A DNA stretch of 64,000 nucleotides from Alphaproteobacteria bacterium (GTDB taxonomy: Bacteria > Pseudomonadota > Alphaproteobacteria > UBA828), in the NCBI GenBank assembly GCA_965214705.1, contig CBDCCI010000002.1, positions 416,001 to 480,000 on the forward strand, written 5' to 3'. Position 1 is the stretch's first letter. Every line of letters begins with the position of its first letter. The translations under genes were made by a program, and so were the position numbers. This document shows, one piece after another, positions 57,444 through 64,000 of this stretch. Below the pieces are notes generated by a model. The model searched no databases. It worked only from the letters and a program-made list of their open reading frames with translations, and had not been told where the DNA came from.

Positions 57444-59560
57444 CAGGGCCATCCCACGCTAGGTTTCGTTGACGATTTGAGCTTCCAATCGAGGTAGTTG
57501 CATTTTCCGCTGGCTTTTCGCCGCCGGTTCGATTAGTCATGGCGGCATGGGCCACCGAGCGGATGGCAGACCCTTCTTCGAGAGCGCGCCGGACGGCTTC
57601 TCGCTTGCCGATGTCGTGGTCCGCCTCGCGGAGCCGAATGAACGCGTGCAGTGGGATGCGGCGGTCGAGCGGCACCATTACCTCGGCTTCAAGCGCTTCG
57701 CCGGACGCGGCCTGCGCTACATCGTCGAATGGTGCGGGTTGTGGATCGCGCTTGCCGGGTGGCAGGCCGGCGCCTTCAAGAGCAGGCACCGGGACCGCTG
57801 GATCGGGTGGTCGGCGGCGCAGCAGTTCCAGCGCCTGCATCTGATCGCGAACAACACCCGCTTCGTCATCCTCGGCGCGAAGCGCGTCTTTCCGTGTCTT
57901 GCCTCGTTCGCGATCGCCGCGATGCTGCGCCGCCTCGGCGACGACTGGCAGTCCTGTTATGGGCATCCGATTCTGATCGCGGAGACCTTCGTGAACCCGG
58001 CGCTCTTCGAGGGCACGATCTACGAGGCCGCCAACTGGCATTATCTCGGCGACACCAGGGGCTTTGCCCGCCACAACGGCCGCTACACCGACCCCCACGG
58101 CGAGCCCAAGCGGCTCTATGTCTATCCCCTGCGCCGCGATGCCCGCCGGCGGCTCAGCGCGCCCCGCCCGCTGCCCGCAAGCTGGGAGCCCAAGGGCCAC
58201 GCCGGCAGGGCGCCGAGCGAACTGCGCTCGCTCTACCAGGAACTCGACGGGATCGAGGACTTCCGGCGCGGCCAGGGGCGCAAGCACAGCGTCGCAACCA
58301 CGCTCGCGGTCTATATCCTCGCAAGGCTCGCCAACATGCGCGGTCCCGTCGCCGCCGCCGAGTATGCGAGCAAGCTGGCGCAGCGGGAACTGGAAGCGCT
58401 CGGCGCCTGGAAGAACCCGAAGACCGGCCTCTACGTGCCGGTCTCGAAGTCGACCCTGCACCGGGTCATCGCCTCCCTCGACCCCGAGCAGATCGAGGCG
58501 GCGCTGCAACGCTTCTCGATGCCGAGACTTAACCTTGGCCGTGCGATCGCGCTCGACGGCAAGCGCATTCGCGGCGCCAACCGCAACGGCGAGGGCCACC
58601 ACGAGACCGCGACCCTGGTCGACCACGCAACCGGCGCGCCGCTCGCAAGCCTCGCCTTCAACGACTCAGGCGGCGAGATCGCGGCCGTGTGCGCGCTGCT
58701 CGACGAGGTTCCCGTCGAAGGCCGCGTGATCACCATCGACGCGCTTCACACCACCCGCGACACCGCGCGCACCATCAAGGAAACCCACGGCGCCGACTAT
58801 CTCATGACGGTCAAGGAAAACGCGCCCGAGACCTGCGAGACCCTCGCCTCCATCGACTGGGAGCGCGACGCGAGCGGACACTTCGAGGAAGATGTCGCCA
58901 AGGCCCATGGCCGCATCGAGCAACGCCGCATCGAGACCCTGACCCCGCTTCCAGGCCTGATCAACTATCCTCATGTCGCGCAGATCTTCCGTGTCACCCG
59001 CAAGCGCACCGACGCACGGCGCAACGGCACAGGCGAGACCAGCATCGAGCACGCCTACGGCATCACCTCGGTGCCGGCAGAGCGCGCCTCGCCAAAGCAC
59101 CTTCTCGCCTGGAACCGCGGCCACTGGTCGGTCGAGGTCAACCACCACGTCAGGGACAAGCTCTTCGACGAGGACGCCTGCCTCGCGCGCACCGGCTTCG
59201 CGCCCGAGAACAACGCGCTCTGCACCAACATCGCGATCGCGCTCATCATCCACAAGACCGACTTCGACAGCGTCGCCTCGGCAACCCGCCACTTCGCGCT
59301 CCAGCGCGAGGACGCCTTCGCCGCGATCCTTTCCCCCTGAGCGCCACCACGCCGTCCGATCCGGACGGCAGACAATGGCGGTGTGCAACCTCGTCACCGC
59401 TCAGCTGTCAGCACTGACGTTCATTGCGGCCAAGCCAACGTCTCGCCCGAACCGAGAGCCGTGAGCCTGCGAATCGGGCTATCGCGCGGGAGCCGCAACA
59501 CCCGAAATCGCCCGAACGCGGCCCAGATCGTCCGCATTTGAGGAGCGTGGGATAGTCCTG
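57444..59560 (+). mobile_element. Complete 2117-bp ISAs1-family element
   Basis: 17-bp IR CAGGGCCATCCCACGCT / AGCGTGGGATAGTCCTG (15/17); 11-bp TSD CAAGCCCCCAC at 57433-57443 and 59561-59571. Confidence 0.93.
57547..59340 (+). CDS. DUF4338-ISAs1 fusion transposase, 597 aa, single frame
   Basis: HHYLGF, RDRWIGWS, NNTRF, ETFV..GTIYEAANW, then D.RR.QG.KH, ALDGK.IRG, ITIDALHT, VKEN, HGRIEQR, RGHWSVE..HHVRD..FDED. Confidence 0.92.
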   Translation: MGHRADGRPFFESAPDGFSLADVVVRLAEPNERVQWDAAVERHHYLGFKRFAGRGLRYIVEWCGLWIALAGWQAGAFKSRHRDRWIGWSAAQQFQRLHLIANNTRFVILGAKRVFPCLASFAIAAMLRRLGDDWQSCYGHPILIAETFVNPALFEGTIYEAANWHYLGDTRGFARHNGRYTDPHGEPKRLYVYPLRRDARRRLSAPRPLPASWEPKGHAGRAPSELRSLYQELDGIEDFRRGQGRKHSVATTLAVYILARLANMRGPVAAAEYASKLAQRELEALGAWKNPKTGLYVPVSKSTLHRVIASLDPEQIEAALQRFSMPRLNLGRAIALDGKRIRGANRNGEGHHETATLVDHATGAPLASLAFNDSGGEIAAVCALLDEVPVEGRVITIDALHTTRDTARTIKETHGADYLMTVKENAPETCETLASIDWERDASGHFEEDVAKAHGRIEQRRIETLTPLPGLINYPHVAQIFRVTRKRTDARRNGTGETSIEHAYGITSVPAERASPKHLLAWNRGHWSVEVNHHVRDKLFDEDACLARTGFAPENNALCTNIAIALIIHKTDFDSVASATRHFALQREDAFAAILSP

Positions 59561-59762
59561 CAAGCCCCCACACCGGGCATGCCGCCGCGCGATGTTTGGG
59601 CCATGCCTATGGTTCACGAAGTCCTTGAGCCATCTTGTCACGAATTAGGGGGGGCATGCGGTGTGTCTGCAATCGGGAGGTCGTCGAGCGTCATCTGGTC
59701 CTGGAGGTGTCCCTCGCTGTCGCGGCCCGGATCGCCGTCGTGCTGGCAAGCCGCTTCGCAAC

Positions 59763-60383
59763 CTAGAATTTTCGCTCAGCGACGCGCGCGTCGGTCATCT
59801 TCGCTTGACGCAGATATTGCGAGAGTATGTGCATGATCGACTGGTGGGTGTCCTCGATCACGCCGTAGTTGTCGCCGTCGACGTGCAGGTTGACGGTGGC
59901 CAGCGGTGCCGAGCGGCCGCCGTCGAAGCCGGTCAGCGCGACGCCGTCCAGTCCGTTCGCGACCGCCCATTCGAGCGCGCGGACGATGTTTTCCGAATCG
60001 CCCGAGGCCGAAATGGTCATCAGCAGATCGCCGGGTCGTGCTGCGGTCCTGAGCTGATAGACGAAGCAATCTTCGAATGCGATGTCATTGGCGATCGCGG
60101 TAACGATCTCCATGTTCGCGCTCAGGCTCATCACCCGCGGCAGAACGCCGGTGTCGGTCTGCACCCCCTTGGCGACATCGCAGAGCAGGTGGTTGGCGAT
60201 CGCCGCCGAGCCGCCATTGCCGCAGACGAAGAGCCACGCGCCGCGCGCGAATGCCGCATCAAGCAGGTTGGCGGCATGGGTAAGCCGCGCCCGGTCGATG
60301 GAGGCACCCGCCTGTGCAAGCTGGGTCAGGTAGTCGTCGCAGTAGCGGGCCACTGATCGGTAGCCCGTGTCCGGAAAGGTCAT
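59763..60383 (-). CDS. gmhA: Phosphoheptose isomerase (SIS domain)
   Basis: CGNGGSAA, TAIAND, ISASGDSENI, LTGFDGG, IEDTH. Confidence 0.85.
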   Translation of the reverse strand: MTFPDTGYRSVARYCDDYLTQLAQAGASIDRARLTHAANLLDAAFARGAWLFVCGNGGSAAIANHLLCDVAKGVQTDTGVLPRVMSLSANMEIVTAIANDIAFEDCFVYQLRTAARPGDLLMTISASGDSENIVRALEWAVANGLDGVALTGFDGGRSAPLATVNLHVDGDNYGVIEDTHQSIMHILSQYLRQAKMTDARVAERKF

Positions 60384-61024
60384 GAAGCGTCCTGCGCGGG
60401 TCGGGGATTGTCGGCGGAAAGCGCCGTACCGAGCGCGACGATCGGCCGCCCGATGGTGATGGGGAAGTCGCTGCGTGCCAAGCCCGCCGCGGCGGCACGG
60501 TCCCGGGCGCCGTAGCCGGTCTGCACCAGCCAGCCGCGCGCGAGCCCGGCGCGCCGCCCGGCCTCCAAATCGTCGACGCTGTCGCCAACGATCCAGCTTC
60601 GGGCGAGATCGATACCAATATCCGCAGCGGCGGCATGGAGCATACCGGGGCTGGGCTTGCGGCAAGGGGCGCTGCTCTCAGGCAGCGCCGGGCAGGCGTA
60701 CACCGCGTCGACGAGGCCGCCGGCGGCGTCGGCGAGCGCGAGCACCCGCTTCTGCACGGCGGCGAACGCCTCCCACCCGTAGAAGCCGCGGCCGATCCCG
60801 GACTGATTGGTGACGATCACCACCCGGTACCCGCAACGACGGGCCGCGGCCAAGCTCTCGAAGGCGCCGGCGATGGGTACGACCCGTTCGGCAGTGCAGA
60901 GATAGTCCACCAGCTCAATAAGTGTCCCATCGCGGTCGAGGAAGAGCGCCGGGACAGGAGGTAGCGAGGGGTCGGCGCGCACTTCGCGCCACAGGCCGAA
61001 CGGGTCGAGCGGAAACCCGCGCAT
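60380..61024 (-). CDS. gmhB: D,D-heptose 1,7-bisphosphate phosphatase (HAD IIIA)
   Basis: LFLDRDGTL, VTNQSGIGRG, CRKPSPGML, SWIVGD..DL.AG. Confidence 0.88.
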   Translation of the reverse strand: MRGFPLDPFGLWREVRADPSLPPVPALFLDRDGTLIELVDYLCTAERVVPIAGAFESLAAARRCGYRVVIVTNQSGIGRGFYGWEAFAAVQKRVLALADAAGGLVDAVYACPALPESSAPCRKPSPGMLHAAAADIGIDLARSWIVGDSVDDLEAGRRAGLARGWLVQTGYGARDRAAAAGLARSDFPITIGRPIVALGTALSADNPRPAQDAS

Positions 61025-61217
61025 CGCGGGTCTGTCGGTTGCGCGGCCTGGGCACGACGGAGCCATTGTCGGGCCGGAGTCGCTCCCTGCAGCCTGTCGG
61101 CGGCCACTACAAGGCGCATCCGGGACAAGTGACCGGCGGCGGCGTTGGCGTGGCTCAGCGCCGGGAGCGGAAGGGGGAGAGGGGAGGCCGAAATGGGGGC
61201 CGTGTGACGTCATTCCA

Positions 61218-62564
61218 GTGTCTCACTGCCCCGAGGCGGCCCGTTGGCTGAACGCGAACAGCGCGACCCTGGAGTTGCTCGATGTCGACAGCGGCAAGTC
61301 GCTCACGCTCAGCAAGCTCTACCGCATCGGCGACCTCTTGTGGCGTCACCGCGCGGCGCTTGAAGAGGCGCTGTGCGCCCGGGAGCGCGATCTCTTCGGC
61401 ATCCCCGACACCATCGTCTTCTTCGACCTGACCAACACCCATATGACCGGACGGCCCAGCTCCGCGCTGGCCCGCTTCGGGCGCTCGAAGCAGAGGCGTG
61501 ACGATTGTCCGATCGTGACCCTGGCCCTGTCGCTGAACCAGGCCGGCTTTCCGCAGCACAGCGAGATCCTGCCCGGCAACATCTCCGAGCCGGCCACTCT
61601 CGCCGACGCCATCGGGCGGCTGGAATGCCAAGCGCGCGGCAGCAACGCCCCCAGGCCCACGGTCATCATGGACGCCGGCATCTCCACCGAGGCCAACCTC
61701 GCCTGGCTGCGGGCACGCGGCTATCGCTGGATCACCGTTCGCCGCGGCGTCTCGGCGCCGCCCGGGCGCGAAGCCGATGCCGCCTTCGAAACCCGGGCCG
61801 GCCACGATGCCCGTGCCTGGCGTCTCGCGGCAGGGGACGACGAAGCGCACCTGTGCGTCTGGAGCCATGAGCGCCAGCAGAAGGACGAGGCCGTGCTCGC
61901 CCGTCAGCGTCACAACTTCGAGGACGCCCTGCGCGCCCTGCATGGCGGGCTGTCGAAGAAGAACCACATCAAGCAGTTCACCAAGGTGATGGAGAAGCTG
62001 GGCCGGCTGAAGGAAAGGTACAGGCGCGTCCACCGTCAGTACGACATCGAGGTCGAGCCCGGAGAGAAGGGGCGGGCCAGTGCGGTCCGCTGGAGGCGCA
62101 ACGCTCTCCATGCCGAGCGCGACCGCCAGGCGGGCATCTATGTGCTGCGCACCAGCCACGTCGAGTGGGATCTTGAAACCGTGGTCCGAACCTACTGGAA
62201 GCTCACAGAGCTCGAGGCCACCTTCCGCAGCCTGAAATCCGAAATCGGCCTGCGCCCGGTCTGGCACTCCAAGACCTCGCGCATCGCCGCCCACCTGTTC
62301 ATCGCCGTCCTCGCCTACCACGCGGTTCATCTGCTGCGAACCCGTCTGGCGGCGCACGGCTTGCATGACCGCTGGAGTACGATCCGCGACAAGCTCGCGG
62401 GCTGGGTGCGTCTCACCTCCACCATCCGGGAGGTGGACGGAAACCGCATCGTCATCCGCCAGGATGCTCAACCCGACGCCGAGGCGCGCGTCATCGCGCA
62501 GGCGGCGGGCCTCACGGTGGATCCCCACAGGCGCCGGGCGGTGCTCCCGGGAGTGTCGCGATGA
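61218..62564 (+). pseudogene. IS1634-family transposase, 5'-truncated
   Basis: FFDLTNT, FGRSKQRRDDCP, PGN, VIMDAGI, Y..L..LEATFRSLKSEIGLRPVWH, AHLFIAVLAY. Confidence 0.85.
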
Positions 62565-62667
62565 GCGCACAAACGTAGTGCCATAATCCCAGATGGGCCA
62601 GAAAATCAGCCCATCATCGCAACTACTTAGGTCGCAGGCGCGCCAAAATGGCAAAGATGGGTTGAAC

Positions 62668-63311
62668 TCGGGCTGCCCCTGGCGATTGATGCCGAAGGAT
62701 TTTCCGCCGCGTTCGACAGTGCAGCGCTATTTTGCCGCGTGGCGGGATGCGGGGCTGTGGTCTGGGATCAATCACGCCTTGCTGACGGCGGCGCGCGAGG
62801 CGGAGGGACGTGAGGCCGCTCCGTCCGCCGGCGTCATCGACAGCAAGTCGGTGAAGAGCACGGAAAGCGGCAGCCCACGGGACTTTGACGCGGGCAAGAA
62901 GGTCAAGGGCCGCAAGCGTCATATCCTCACCGACACCGGCGGCCTGCTGCTCGCCGCCCAGGTCCACGCCGCCGACATTCAGGGCCGCGACGGCGCGCCA
63001 GGCGTGTTCGCGGCCATCCGTCATGCCTTTCCGTCTCTGCGCCATGTCTTCGCCGACGGCGCTTATGCCGCCCCAAACTGGAAGCGGAGCTGAAGCGGAT
63101 CGGTCGATGGACCCTGGAAATTGTCAAGCGCTCGGGCGGCGCACAAGGGTTCGAGATTCTGCCCCGCCGCTGGGTTGTCGAACGCACCTTGGCTTGGTTA
63201 AACCGGAACCGGAGGCTGGCCAAAGACTTCGAGGCGACGATCGCTACTGCCCAGACTTGGCTCTTCATCGCCAGCGTTCAGCTCCTCGCCCGGCGGCTTG
63301 CAAGGCCTTGA
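62668..63311 (+). pseudogene. IS5-family (IS1031-type) transposase, 5'-truncated and frameshifted near 63070
   Basis: GCPWRLMPKDFPP.STV, IDSKSVK, DAGKKVKGRKRH, FADGAY, PRRWVVERT.AWL. Confidence 0.88.
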
Positions 63312-63387
63312 AAAACACCAATTCATGTCGGGCCAGACTCTGAGGGGCCGACGCTCAAAATGAATGGCTCAAAAGGCTTATCCCTCT

Positions 63388-64000
63388 GAGCCACTTGCAG
63401 AATTCCGCCGTTGAGCGGGATTTTGCCGCCATGTGATGCAGATTGTTCTGGGAATCGGGACCGCTCTCTGTTCCTGTCGGGCTTCCGAAGACATCGACAG
63501 GGAGAGCGGTCCCATGTCGCTGGGACAGACACTAACCAGATTCTTGAACTCCCTTCAAGGCGATCTCTTCCCGTGGCTTGAGGAGGAGCTCGGGCCACTC
63601 GGCGAGAGGTATCGGCGCTTCGTCACTGTGCTTGAGTTTGCGCGGGTCGAGAGCTTCCTTCCCCATTTTCATGGCCTGCCCGGTCGGCCGGTCGAGGACC
63701 GTGCGGCGCTGGCGCGCGCCTTCATCGCCAAGGCGGTGTTCGACGTACCCACGACACGCGCGCTGATCGAGCGCCTTGAGGTCGACAAGACGTTGCGCCG
63801 ATTGTGCGGCTGGAACTATGCCGGAGAAGTGCCGAGCGAGGCGACCTTTTCACGGGCCTTCGCCGAGTTCTCCGAGAGTGCCCTGCCCGCACGCCTGCAC
63901 GAGGCGCTGATCAAGCAGACCCTCGGCGACCACTTGGTGGGGCATGTCTCGCGCGATTCGACGGCGGTCGAGGCGCGCGAGAAGCCTCAGCGCAAACGCA
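63388..64000 (+). mobile_element. Second, diverged copy of the IS at 2610..4111 (runs off window)
   Basis: IR GAGCCACTTGCAGAA; ORF from ATG 63514 MSLGQTL..DLFPWLEEELGP. Confidence 0.9.

Noticed and set aside
57547-58200. Druantia defence system
   Set aside because: DUF4338 is fused to ISAs1 inside an IR/TSD-bounded IS; no DruE-type helicase or other dru genes are adjacent.
1755-62564. The two IS1634 fragments as halves of one element split by ~58 kb
   Set aside because: They overlap in domain content (both have the first catalytic FFD.T and the G.SK region) and are divergent in sequence.

Overview
High-GC bacterial window, read by eye without database searches. It is a mosaic of three things. 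(1) A decaying surface-polysaccharide region: rfbA/B/C/D, three paralogous GT2 glycosyltransferases plus a fourth GT, two sulfotransferases, a capsule-synthesis gene and gmhA/gmhB. (2) An apparently intact 13-kb anti-phage island (25.1-38.2 kb): a DUF499 ATPase / DUF1156 methylase / PLD-SNF2 helicase restriction-like operon with a Menshen-like triad nested inside it. (3) A dense, nested set of mobile elements: DUF4338-fused ISAs1, IS1634, IS5-like, IS21, IS256, IS91-like elements with a tyrosine recombinase, group II intron remnants, tandem integrases, four IS110/IS1111 copies, and a 4.55-kb four-gene TG..CA transposon. The strongest sequence-level signal is in the IS110 copies. Their 3' non-coding regions share a conserved scaffold with short hypervariable segments. 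In the one intact copy, the variable segment plus adjacent scaffold is the 14/14 reverse complement of its own reconstituted insertion site, and a second copy matches its flank 7/8, as expected for naturally reprogrammed bridge/seekRNAs. The best candidate for a poorly described system is the four-gene transposon (Zn-finger protein, Mu-like DDE transposase, ExeA/TnsC-like ATPase, AAA_25 helicase-like protein), which also carries a 134-nt rod-like hairpin and an ori-like inverted repeat. No tRNA, rRNA or CRISPR array was seen.
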